Shown here in pieces: positions 1 to 12,453 of a stretch of DNA of 64,000 bases. A program made the translations under genes and the position numbers. The stretch is from Paraspadella gotoi (taxonomy: Eukaryota; Animalia; Chaetognatha). The stretch is taken from assembly GCA_051294375.1 (NCBI GenBank), contig CM119264.1, positions 2,833,575 through 2,897,574 of the forward strand, in the 5' to 3' direction. Below the pieces are notes generated by a model. It was not told the DNA's origin. It saw only the letters and a list, made by a program, of their open reading frames with translations, and searched no databases. Numbering within the stretch: the first letter of the stretch is position 1; every line of letters begins with the position of its first letter.

Positions 1-154
1 GTTCGTCCGGTCGGCACCCGGCACCGCAAGAAGCCGCCCCCCCCCGTGAAGTCCCGGCACAATGGGGACATCGTGACCTCTCAGAGATAAGGGTCGTTCG
101 TCGCTGCCCCCAACGATGGAGATGGAGACGAAGAAGGGGATCCGCTCTTCCTTC

Positions 155-174
155 TGAGAGAGAGAGACGAGAGA

Positions 175-234
<60 letters not shown>

Positions 235-443
235 TAAAGGAAGAAGAGAGATGAAGAAGAGACGAACGAAGACTATCAGAATAGTATCATAATATTATTG
301 TAATTTTAAAACTATATCTTAACTGTTTGCACTACAGTTCTCGAAAACAAGAGAAAAGAGAGGAGAGAAAAGAGAGAAAACAGCAAACAGCACAGAGAGA
401 GGAGAAGAAGAGAGAGAGAGAGAGAGAAGAGAGAGAGAGCCAG

Positions 444-480
<37 letters not shown>

Positions 481-490
481 CAAGGGAAAA
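155..490. repeat. (GA)n/(CT)n microsatellite tracts, also at ~870, 1020-1170, 4285, 12355, 14200, 28160-28385 and 51455
   Basis: Directly visible dinucleotide runs; they generate the spurious RERE and LSLS ORFs in the ORF track. Confidence 0.95.
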
Positions 491-866
491 GAGAGGAAAT
501 ATCTCGAAACTTTCGAAAAAAAGCCCGCCCCATGGCCGCAGCTGGCTGCGCGGGCCGACGGCTGAGCCTCTACCCTTTCCTTCTCTGCGGATCCGACAAT
601 AGAGGAGGAGGAGGAGGAAGAGGAAGAGAGAAGAAACGGTGAGGAAGGAGGAAGATGAAAGCAGAGGAGCGAGGGGCGCCTCGGCTTCGACAGACCCTCT
701 CGCCCATAAAGGCGAGGGTTCTGGAGAAGAAATCAGAGTGCCCTCTTCGGAGGATAAGAAAAAATTATCGATGTCGTCGCGAAAAATATTAATTCGTACG
801 ATTCCTTATTTTTATCTTTTCGACTCTCTATTGCGAGGGTTCTATGGCAACGTCCATGTCACTTCG

Positions 867-907
<41 letters not shown>

Positions 908-1346
908 AATGTTTTTTGCGTTATATGACAAGGTCAAGGGCCCAAATGGCCCGCAGATGGGGGTTCTTTACTTTGTCAAATTACGCGGGAATCACTATCG
1001 TCCATGACTCTTCTCTCTTTCTCTCTTTCTCTCTTTCTCTCTTTCTCTCTNNNNNNNNNNNNNNNNNNNNNNNNNGTCTCTCTCTCTCGTCTCTCTCATG
1101 TCTCCGTCTACCATCGTCTCTCCTCGTGCTACTCTCTCTCTTCTCTCTCTCTCTCTCGTCTCTCTCTCTCTCTCTTTCGCTTACTGATTCACTTTTCTGT
1201 CTCTTCATTTTCCAAATTCAAATTTCACCGAAAATCAAATTTTTTTTAAAACTTTTCAACTCGAGAACTTTCATTCTTCCGTTTTCTTTTTTGTTTCGTA
1301 TCGGACAACATGGTAAAATCAGCCGGCAAGTCGAGAAGATTTAACT

Positions 1347-3230
1347 GCGTTTCTCAATGGCACCCAGAAAGTGAACAGCCTCGAAATCTGCTGATTTTTT
1401 CTCGGTGTTATTAGCGGCGTCTCTTCATTTCTTTTGCGGTTCTTAAACGGGGTACAGATATAAATAGAGCACAAAAATTATATTTAAGATGTTTAATTAT
1501 TATATTAGTAAGCATGAGAGATTAATAATCCAGTAAAAACGATCTTTAATTTATATTTAATATTTAATCATTAACTTATCATTAATTCAAGGAAAAAAGG
1601 TGGTTCGGTCTCTGTTTTGCGAAAGAGATTCGCCCAGAATGGCACGGCTTAAAGAACAGCCTCTAAAATCCGCTGTTCTTTTTTTCGTGCCACCATCGGC
1701 GGAATCTCAAACTTCGTCTTCGAAAAGCGACATCTACTTCTCGTTTCTTCTGCGATCGAATTTTTTGTTTTGAAAAAAAAAAGTCCCACTAGCGCCGAAT
1801 AAGAAAGCGTCGATTTTTCCACGATTGGCACACTGATTACCGATTCAATCTATAAAGTGATTTGAGTCGTTCACTGTGCCAGACTTGGCAGAATTGAAAA
1901 TCTTCGGATTCTTATTTTTTTTTTTTGTGATATTCGTTTTGCCGCAAATGGCATACTGTGCCTCGATTCAAAAGAGAGTAACTCGAATCGTGACACTGTG
2001 CCAAATTCGGAAAAATTGAAATTCTTCAGTTTTTTCTAAAAAAAAAAAAAAAAAAAGACAGCATCGAAAATACGCGTTTCGCCGAAAAACTGCAAAACTG
2101 CAAAACTGCCTCACATCTTCAAAAAAATAAAAATTTAAAAAAGCTCTTAATCTTTGAAATACAAAAAAAAAGTTTGTTTAAATTTGCATTTTGCCAGTAA
2201 TGGCACTTTATGTAGAGAGACGGTTTAACCATCCCCCTATGTAAGGTTCTATACTTGGCGAAACTGCCTGACATCTTCAAAAAAATAAAAATTTAAAAAA
2301 TTAAAAAACTCTTAATCTTTGAAATACAAAAAACAATGTTTGTTTAAATTTGCATTTTGCCAGTAATGGCACTTTATATAGAGAGACGGTTTTACCATCC
2401 CCCTATGTAAGGTTCTATACTTGGCGAAAATGCCTGACATCTTCAAAAAAATAAAAATTTAAAAATTTAAAAAACTCTTAATCTTTGAAATACAAAAAAC
2501 AATGTTTGTTTAAATTTGCATTTTGCCAGTAATGGCACTTTATATAGGGAGGCGGTTTAACCATCCCCCTCTGTAAGGTTCTATACTTGGCGAAATTGCC
2601 TGACATCTTTAAAAAAATATAAAGCAAAGAAACGTCTTAAACTTTTAAATACAGCAAAATCTTGTTAAAATCTGCATTTTGACGAAAATGGCACGCCACA
2701 GAGGGGGGTGGTTCAACCATCCCCCTCTGTAACGTTCTATACTCGTCGGAACTGCATCACATCCTAAGCAAAAAAGACGACGACGACGACGACGACCCAA
2801 AACTTTAAAATTCAATGAAAGCGATTTTAAATTTGCTTTTTGCCGCAAATGGCACATTGCAGGGGGGGGAATGGTCTAACCGTTCCACTCTGTAAAGTAC
2901 CATGTTTGGCGAAATAGCGTCTCGTCTTTAAAAAAAAACCAAAAACAAAAACGAACAAAACAAAAAACCCCTAAATCTTCAAAAATCAGCGAAAACAACT
3001 AAAGTTTGGGTTTTGCCGAGAATGGCTCTTTTTCAGAGGGGGGAGGTTTGAATGTTCCCACTCTGTAAAGTACCATGCTCGGAGGAACTGCGCCTCGTCA
3101 ATTACACAAAAAAGCGTCCAATTTCTCGACTGCATCGAAAATTCGCGTTTTGCCGCAAATGGCACCTTTACAGAGGGGGACGGTTAAACCGTTCCCCTCT
3201 GTATAGTTCCATACTCGGCGGAACGACGTC
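1347..3230. repeat. Array of ~11 imperfect palindromes (70-85 bp hairpins) separated by A/T-rich linkers; ~165 bp period in its right part
   Basis: Units open with TTTTGCC-N4-ATGGCAC and close with GT(G/A/T)C(C/T)AT-N3-5-GGCGAAA. Approximate starts: 1347, 1625, 1815, 1933, 2185, 2351, 2517, 2673, 2834, 3006, 3144, plus a centre-deleted unit at ~2073. Example inner stem at 2699-2729: CAGAGGGGGGTGGTT-C-AACCATCCCCCTCTG. Confidence 0.85.
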
Positions 3231-4279
3231 ACCTTTTTGACGTTTTCATCCTTTCATCATCGGTCAAGGTCTACTTCGTCCAAAGCGACATCTATTGTCT
3301 TCCTCATTCCTCCGTCTTTTGTTTAACACACGTAGTTTTGATTATAATAATTAATGATTATCTTGCTAAATTTTTTAAAAAAGAATTTATTTTTTATCAA
3401 ACAATTTATTCACAATTTTAACTCAATATAATTATATCACAGGCATTTTAAATACGGACTCTCCTTAATAACTAAATATATATTTATTGTCCTCATGGTC
3501 GCTTACGTCGTCCTCGCCGTTGCCGACTTAACTTGGCTTACTATAATTAACATTTAGCTTTCTGTCTTTTGTTTATCATTTGGCAAATTCCTATCGAGTT
3601 TTCTCCCCTTATCTCTCTCCCTCTGTCTCTCTCTCTTCTCTCTCTCTCTCTCTTCTTCTTTCTCAAGTTAACCCACTTTTCTGACCCTCAACTCCTCATT
3701 TAAAACAAGAACTAAACCTTTCTTAACCTTTTTTCCCTCATCTCTTCTTCCTCTTCCTCCACCCTTAGCAGCCACATATCTTGTTCCTCTTCCCTTTCCT
3801 CTTCCTCCTCTCATAGACTTTGACTGGTGGACCGAGGGTAGGGTTTTAAGGGTGGGCCCTCCGATACGAGGAAAGTCGCAATATTACTTTTCCGTCTCAT
3901 TCCATCAATTATTTTAACTCTTTATTTTTTTTAATTTTCAATTTTAAGCTATGATAATATCTTTTTTACGCAAATTTTACAACCGCGAAAGGTATCGCCG
4001 ATGAAACAAAAATTTTTAAACGTTCAATTTTTATTTCGTTTGTTTGTTTACTTCGGTTTTTATTTATTTATTTATTTATTTATTTATATATTTTTTTCTT
4101 TTTTTCTTTTCTTCTTTTTTTCTTTTTTTTTTCTTTTCTTTTTTTCTTTTTTTCACTTTTTTGTCCTACTTTTTAAATAACCTACTGGTCTTGCAACTTC
4201 TAAATCTAACCAGTCTTCAACTAGTCACGAACCAGCCTATTTTAACCAATCATTTCTCATTTTTACCCTATTCATTTAT

Positions 4280-4314
<35 letters not shown>

Positions 4315-5003
4315 NNNNNNNNNNNNNNNNNNNNNNNNNNNNNNNNNNNNNNNNNNNNNNNNNNNNNNNNNNNNNNNNNNNNNNNNNNNNNNNNNNNNNN
4401 NNNNNNNNTCTCCTCTCCTCTCTCACACACCACACCAGATAGGAGTCATCTGTTTCTGCCTTTTCCGTCGGACTCTGTCTACTATCTCGAGTCAATCTTC
4501 TCCTTTTCTCTACTACTCTCTCTCTCTCTCTTTCTCTCTCTCTCGTAATTTGCAAGGTCAAACAACCAATAAAACATTATCTTCAAACGTTATTAGAGAT
4601 TTATATCTCTGCTATTTTTTAAATACTAAAAGTTTATGTCAATTAACTCTAACATTTAAATAAATTTAATGAAATGTCAATTTAAGATAGTCTTTTAGAT
4701 TCAATAACCTGATTTTGGATATTGCTTAAATTCTCTTTTTTATTAAATATTTCTCTCGCTCGCTTAATTCTTTTCTTTTTCAACGAAAAAAAAAACGCAC
4801 AAAAAAACCGCAAAAAAACCAAAACAAACAAAACAAAACAAGAGAACAGTCAAAGCCGAAATGAGATCAGACTCTTCCACGTGCAGATGTCGCGACGCGT
4901 GGCTCGAATTTGGTCTCGTCTCGTCTTCGATCACGAATCGACCGAAACAAAACGTCAATCGAATTTTAAGAAAAAGTTAAACTTCCCCCTCCCCCCCCTT
5001 AAG

Positions 5004-5212
5004 CTACCAGTGGCGCCCCGTAGAGAGGCATGGCACTTCGATAGAACGCTACCCCGAGATTGTCGGACCCTTTCCACTTTGGTCAGCATCCGCGATCCTT
5101 GCGTTCTGTCCAAGTTCCAGGCCTTTCCGGGCGCCGGCTCCACCTTGGAGGACAACAACAACAACAACAACAACAACAACGACGACCGCGACCCTTTTTT
5201 CGACCCCAAGTC
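5004..5212 (+). CDS. Possible isolated coding exon of unknown product, with a poly-Asn tract
   Basis: Pyrimidine tract plus TTAAG acceptor at 5003, GTAAGT donor at 5213, GC-rich open frame LPVAPRREAWHFDRTLPRDCRTLST...NNNNNDDRDPFFDPK. No family recognised and no partner exons established. Confidence 0.3.
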
Positions 5213-6029
5213 GTAAGTCGTCGCGCCCATTGTTTCAATTGGTTCGTAAAGGACTCTTTTAGTTTTACGTCACATTTGCCCTTTTTTTTTTGGCTTTTCC
5301 TTCTTTTTTATTCTTTCATTTCTCGTTTTTTTTCTTTTTTTAACTTTCGCTTTTTCCTTCTTTTATTATTTTACTACCTTTTGTCTCTCCTTTCTTTATC
5401 TTTTCCTTTTTTTACCTTTCCTCTTTCTTTTCCTTTCATCCTTTAATTTCTCCTTTCATTTTCCATTTCACGCTCGCGTTTCATCTTTTCAACCTCGACA
5501 ACCTACTTTCTCTCGTTCCTCCTACGCAGTTCNNNNNNNNNNNNNNNNNNNNNNNNNNNNNNNNNNNNNNNNNNNNNNNNNNNNNNNNNNNNNNNNNNNN
5601 NNNNNNNNNNNNNNNNNNNNNNNNNNNNNNNNNNNNNNNNNNNNNNNNNNNNNNNNNNNNNNNNNNNNNNNNNNNNNNNNNNNNNNNNNNNNNNNNNNNN
5701 NNNNNNNNNNNNNNNNNNNNNNNNNNNNNNNNNNNNNNNNNNNNNNNNNNNNNNNNNNNNNNNNNNNNNNNNNNNNNNNNNNNNNNNNNNNNNNNNNNNN
5801 NNNNNNNNNNNNNNNNNNNNNNNNNNNNNNNNNNNNNNNNNNNNNNNNNNNNNNNNNNAGAGAGAGAGAGATTGTGACCTTCCTTACATTCCGCCAAGCC
5901 TCAGTCGTCGTCGTCATCGTCGTCGTCGTTATCGTCGTCGTCGGTGCTGACAAGAGAGCTACGCCTTGGAGACTGACCCTTTGCTCACAGAGTGGTCAGT
6001 CTTTCCTCTTTCGCTGTTTCTTTCTTCCT

Positions 6030-6099
<70 letters not shown>

Positions 6100-6105
<6 letters not shown>

Positions 6106-8144
6106 TAGTTCTTGCTTTTTTTCTTTCTTTTTTACTCTCTTAATTTCTTTCTTTCTTTTTTTTCATTTTATATTTTTACTCTTTTTTCTTTCTTTTTTCC
6201 TTTCTTTTTTTCTTTCTTTCGTTCTTCTTATTTTATTCGTTACAATCATAATGTCAAATACAATATATCTGTCAAATCCAACGGACAAAAACCCAAAAAT
6301 CGCGCCAATTTTTTTATCTTCTTTTCGAAATCAAATCTTCTCGTTGGATTCGCGCCTCTTTCGCCCCCCTCAATGTACCTNNNNNNNNNNNNNNNNNNNN
6401 NNNNNNNNNNNNNNNNNNNNNNNNNNNNNNNNNNNNNNNNNNNNNNNNNNNNNNNNNNNNNNNNNNNNNNNNNNNNNNNNNNNNNNNNNNNNNNNNNNNN
6501 NNNNNNNNNNNNNNNNNNNNNNNNNNNNNNNNNNNNNNNNNNNNNGCCGTTGGGGGAAAAGCGACCGCTGGCGGCAGCAGTTGCAGCGGCCGCGGCTGGG
6601 TTTTCCTCCGCGGTCGCGAAGAGAACAAATTCCGCGTCTCTCGTCGCAGCGACGGTCATTGGGGGGGAGAGAGGAAGAGAGGAGCTCCGATTGGTCGGCG
6701 GCAACCGCGTCTCGCTTCCCATTGGTCGCAGTTCTTTCGTGGCGCGAGTTTGTACGATGATCCCTTTACAGACACACGGAGGCATTACAATCTGGCCTAC
6801 ATTGAAGCGAGAGAGAATGAGAGCGAGAGAGAGAGAGAGAAAATGGGAGGGCGGAAGAGAGAGAGAGAGAGAGAGGGGTCGAGGATGCGGCATTTTTCCT
6901 TCTCTCTTCCTTCGTCTCTACACATTTGGCCTTGGACGAAAAACCATCTCGTCCTTCGTCAATTTCTTCGACGTCGTCGTCGTTGTCGTCATCCGATTTT
7001 CTGCGTCAAATTTGCGTCAATTTCTGCTGCCGTCGACTCCTTTTCTCCTTTGCGCCAAAATACCCTTTTTTTTCCGCATCAACGTCGCGTTTCCGGTCGC
7101 TGAGGGGCCTTGCAAAAAAGGCGTTAACAAGATTTAACGATTGACGGCATTAAGTTACGGTTGCTAGTTTTCTTATCGCTGAAGGGAGCGACGTCCCTTT
7201 TTTTGGCAATTTGAGAATTTTTGTTTGCGATATTTCGACGTCAGTCTTTGCAATTGAATCTTCTCACGATCCATTTCATTTATTCGACTTTTTTTTAAGA
7301 AAGAAATTTGTATTATTTTGAATTTTCGTTACAAGAGAATATTTTTTGTAGTTTTCTTTCTTTAAATTTTTTTATACATATATATCTAATGTAAATTGAA
7401 TATTAATTTATTTACTAACAAATTCGAAATACTAATGATTGTATAATATATAACTATGAATATCCATCATTTTTCGTTATTGCGAATTATATATCAATCA
7501 AATGTTAATTATTAGATTTAACTGAATTTCATAGAATATCAATGAGTTTGTTGTATGTAATATACCTCTCAATTTTTTTCCTCTTCTATATGAATATTGC
7601 AAAATTACTTGTTTCACTTTTTCTTTATAAATTTTATAGATATTATGTTTTATTTTAACAAGATTGACTATTGACTAACACCGACCAATTTTCGTTTCAT
7701 CTTTACTGACAGTCGATCATTTCGAGTCTTCACTATCTGAGGAGTCGAATCTGGACTGTCTCTTCTATGATGCCAGCGCTGAAAGCGAGAATAGGTATCA
7801 CAGAAAGACAGTCTAGATTCGCTCCTTAATGCGTCTTGGTGGATTCACAACAACAACAACAACAACAACAACAACCAGTAACAATTATAACAACAACAAC
7901 AACAACAACGTCGACATCGACGCAAAATGGAAATGGACTCGTGAGTCGCGGTTCTCGAGACTGTATTTGTTGTGATGCTTCACATTGAGGACGCGATTCG
8001 TTCACAGTATCACAGAAAGACAGTCTTGAGAAACGCTCCTCCCTTCATCGCTTTTCCTCGCTTTTCATCTTCCCACTCGATTCGCCGAAATTCACAACTC
8101 GTCACGCGAAAACCGCTACTGCTGAGAGAGAGAGAGAGAGAGAG

Positions 8145-8179
<35 letters not shown>

Positions 8180-11100
8180 CCCTGGTATTTTCTCGATATT
8201 CCCCTAAAAATATTAGGAATGACTTTGATCTTGGTCTAAATCATTAACTAAATATTTAATAAAATTCGTAATTACCAATGACCCAATTAACAACTAAAAA
8301 AATCTATTTTTCGTTTTTCAAATTTCGCACCCCGTCCTACTTTTCATCGCATTCCGAAACCGAGAGAGAGAAAAGAGAGAGAGAGAGAGACACGATCGTA
8401 AAAGAAAGAAAAAAAAGGCCCCTCGTTCGGTCTGAAAAATCGGAGAAAAAATTCTTCTCCACCAATCAAATTCGATCCTCGATCTTTCCGTCAACCAATC
8501 AGCGGTCTTCATTTCCAGCCTCGATGCGAGCGTTGGCACTAAGATAGGGAACAAAGAAAAATATACCAGCGTCATCTGGTTCTTGTTCTTGTTTTAGTGG
8601 CAAAGCCTCGCGCGGTGGCGTTCTGCTTCTGAAGACATCCTCGATTTCAGTTATTAAATGATTTCTTTCCCTGGTCTAACTGTCTCTCTCTCTCTGTCTG
8701 TCTCTCTCTCGATTTCAGTTATTAAATGATTTCTTTCCTTGGTCTGTCTCTCTCTCGATTTCAGTTATTAAATGATTTCTTNNNNNNNNNNNNNNNNNNN
8801 NNNNNNNNNNNNNNNNNNNNNNNNNNNNNNNNNNNNNNNNNNNNNNNNNNNNNNNNNNNNNNNNNNNNNNNNNNNNNNNNNNNNNNNNNNNNNNNNNNNN
8901 NNNNNNNNNNNNNNNNNNNNNNNNNNNNNNNNNNNNNNNNNNNNNNNNNNNNNNNNNNNNNNNNNNNNNNNNNNNNNNNNNNNNNNNNNNNNNNNNNNNN
9001 NNNNNNNNNNNNNNNNNNNNNNNNNNNNNNNNNNNNNNNNNNNNNNNNNNNNNNNNNNNNNNNNNNNNNNNNNNNNNNNNNNNNNNNNNNNNNNNNNNNN
9101 NNNNNNNNNNNNNNNNNNNNNNNNNNNNNNNNNNNNNNNNNNNNNNNNNNNNNNNNNNNNTTTTTTTTCTTTTTTAAAAATAAGAAAACAAAATTAATTA
9201 TTAATAAAACTAAAAAAAACCGGTCCGCGTGAATCGCCGAGTCAGATATCACAGACAGACAGTTTGTCCAGTGTAACGAAACGATCGTCTTTTTCTATTC
9301 TCGCTTCTTCGTAAACAACAAGGAGCCAAGCCCGACTCGAGACTACGACGGCCAAACCGGATCGATAAAAAAAACCTCATTTGACCTCAAAACGAGAAAA
9401 TCAGGAAAGAAAAAGAAAAATTCTCGCTACAATAACATCCACAACTGACCACAGACCACAATCTCCGACCGAGCAGACCCCACGATCCCTTTTCTACCCC
9501 CCTCCCCCATGTATTAATCCATTTTGCACGAATCCTCGCCTGCTGCCTCAATGACCCCGGCTACTCGGGGTCAAATCTCTCTCGCTCTCTCTCCGGCCAG
9601 CTGCCCCATGCATTTACCTCCTCGGGTCAGTCTTTCCCTCGTCGCCATCTGCCCATGGGGTCTGACGGCCTCTAAAATAAGGGGGGGGTCTTTGTCTCCG
9701 CTTCGGCCATTTTACGCCCCCACCTCTCCCCCCTTTATGGTCAGTCGCTCGCTTGNNNNNNNNNNNNNNNNNNNNNNNNNNNNNNNNNNNNNNNNNNNNN
9801 NNNNNNNNNNNNNNNNNNNNNNNNNNNNNNNNNNNNNNNNNNNNNNNNNNNNNNNNNNNNNNNNNNNNNNNNNNNNNNNNNNNNNNNNNNNNNNNNNNNN
9901 NNNNNNNNNNNNNNNNNNNNNNNNNNNNNNNNNNNNNNNNNNNNNNNNNNNNNNNNNNNNNNNCGAATCCGACCGATCTTCCAGCGATAACTTTTTTTTT
10001 TCTTTCGACCAACTAAGACCGAAAGTGTAGACTAGTATTATGCATACTGGGTACTTTTTTTTATTGCATACAGTGTGCGTAGTACTTTTCACCATTGCTC
10101 GGTTCATTGACGACAATTGGTCAATTCGCTTTAACCTTCAACCAACCAACGCGCATCTTTTACTATTCCTTATTTTCCCAGAACACCCAATTTTGTCTTA
10201 AATTCAGAATTAAATTTATTTCTTAGTTAAAGATTATATTAACGGTTAAGGTTAGGATTCAAGTTAGGGATTATGTTAGTGATTAATATTAATAACTTGG
10301 TTTNNNNNNNNNNNNNNNNNNNNNNNNNTTTCTTTGTTCTCTTTTTATTTCTTTTTTACTCTCTTAATTTCTTTCTTTTTTTCTTTTATTTTTTACTCTT
10401 TTTTCTTTCTTTTTTCCTTTTTTCTTTCTTTCTTCGTTCTTATTTATTCATTACAATCATAATGTCAAATTACAATATATCTGGTCAAATCCAACGACAA
10501 AAAACCCAAAAATCGCGCCAATTTTTTTATCTTCTTTTCGAAATCAAAAATCTCTCTCGTTGGATTCGCGGCCTCTTTCGCCCCCCTCAATGTACCTCTT
10601 CCCCCCCCCCCCCCTCCTCATTCTCCGCGCCATCGAATTGGGCCATATTTCTCGCTGCCCCCGCTCCTACATTGCTACAATAAGGCAGCTACGGCGCGCC
10701 CTACGGCGGCGGCGGCGTCCAGCTTATAAGGAGGAATGACGCGGCAAATGCTGCTGCCGTTGGGGAAAAGCGACCGCTGGCTGGCAAGCAGTTGCAGCGG
10801 CCGCGGCTGGGTTTCCTCCGCGGTCGCGAAGAGAACAAATTCCGCGTCTCTCGTCGCAGCGACGTCATTGGGGAGAGAGGAAGAGAGAGCTCGATTGCGC
10901 GGGCCGGCAACGCCGCGTCTCGCTCCATTGATCCGCAGTTCTTTCGTACTGGCGCGAGTTTGTACGATGAATCCCTTTTACAGACCACACGAGGCATTAC
11001 AATCTGGCCTACATTGAAGCGAGAGAGAAGGATCGAAGCGAGAGAGAGGATGAGAGAAAATGGAGGGCGGGCAAGAGAGAGGAGAGAGAGAGAGAGGGCG

Positions 11101-12071
11101 TCGAGGATGCGGCATTTTTCCTTCTCTCTTCCTTCGTCTCTACACATTTGGCCTTGGACGAAAACATCTCGTCCTTCGTCAATTTCTTCGACGTCGTCGT
11201 CGTTGTCGTCATCCGATTTCTGCGTCAAATTTGCGTCAATTTCTGCTGCGTCGACTCCTTTTCTCCTTTGCGCCAAATTACCTCTTTTTTCCCGCATTAC
11301 CATCAACGTCGCGTTTCCGGTCGCGAGGGCCTTGCAAAAAAAGAGCGTTTAACAAGATTAACGATTGACGGCATTACAGTACGTTGCTAGTTTCTATCGC
11401 GAAGGGACGACGTCCCTTTTTTTTGGACAATTTGCAGAATTTTTGTGCGAATATTTCGACGTCAGTCTTTGCAATTGAATCATTCTCACGATCCATTTCC
11501 ACTTATTCGACTTTTTTGTTTTAAGAAAGAAAATTTGTATTTATTTTGAATTCGTTACAAGCAGAGAATATTTTTGTAGTTTTCTTCTTTAAATTTTAAT
11601 ACATATATATCTAATGTAAATTGAATATAATTTATTTACTAACAAATTCGAAATACTAATGATTGTATAATATATAACTATGAATATCCATCATTTTTCG
11701 TCTTTGCGAATTATATATAATCAATGTTAATTATAGATTTAACGAACCATTTCAGAATACAACGAGTGTTGTATGTAATAATACCTCTCAAATTTTTTCT
11801 CTTCTATATGAATTATTGCAAAATTACTTGTTTCACTTTTTCTTTATAAATTTATAGATACTTATGTTTTATTTTAAACAAGATTAGACTATTGACTAAC
11901 ACCGACCAATTTTCGTTTTCATCTTTACTGACAGTCCGATCATTTCGAGTCTTCACTATCTGAGGAGTCGAATCTGGACTGTCTCTTCTATGATGCCAGC
12001 GCTGAAAGCGAGAATAGGTATCACATCGAAAGACAGTCTAGATTCGCTCCTTAATGCGTCTTGGTGGATTC

Positions 12072-12105
<34 letters not shown>

Positions 12106-12357
12106 ACCAGTAACCAATTATAACAACAACAACCACAACGTCGACATCAACAAAGCAAAAATGGAAATGGACTCGTGAAGTCGCGGTTTTCGAGACTGTA
12201 TTGTTGTGATGCTTCACATTGGGACGCGATTCCGTTCACAGTATCACAGAAAGACAGTCTTGCAGAAACGCTCTCTCCCTTCATCGCTTTTCCTCGCTTT
12301 TCATCTTCCCCTCGATTCGCCGGAATTCACAACTCGTCACGCGAAAACCGCTACTGC

Positions 12358-12453
<96 letters not shown>

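Noticed and set aside
312-1344. ORFs rich in RERE or LSLS, and ORFs spanning N gaps (also 4-14 kb and 28.1-28.5 kb)
   Set aside because: Translations of (GA)n microsatellites and N runs; no coding signal.
1347-3230. CRISPR array interpretation of the hairpin array
   Set aside because: Repeats are too long and divergent, linkers are related low-complexity A-rich sequence rather than unique spacers, there are no cas genes, and the context is eukaryotic.
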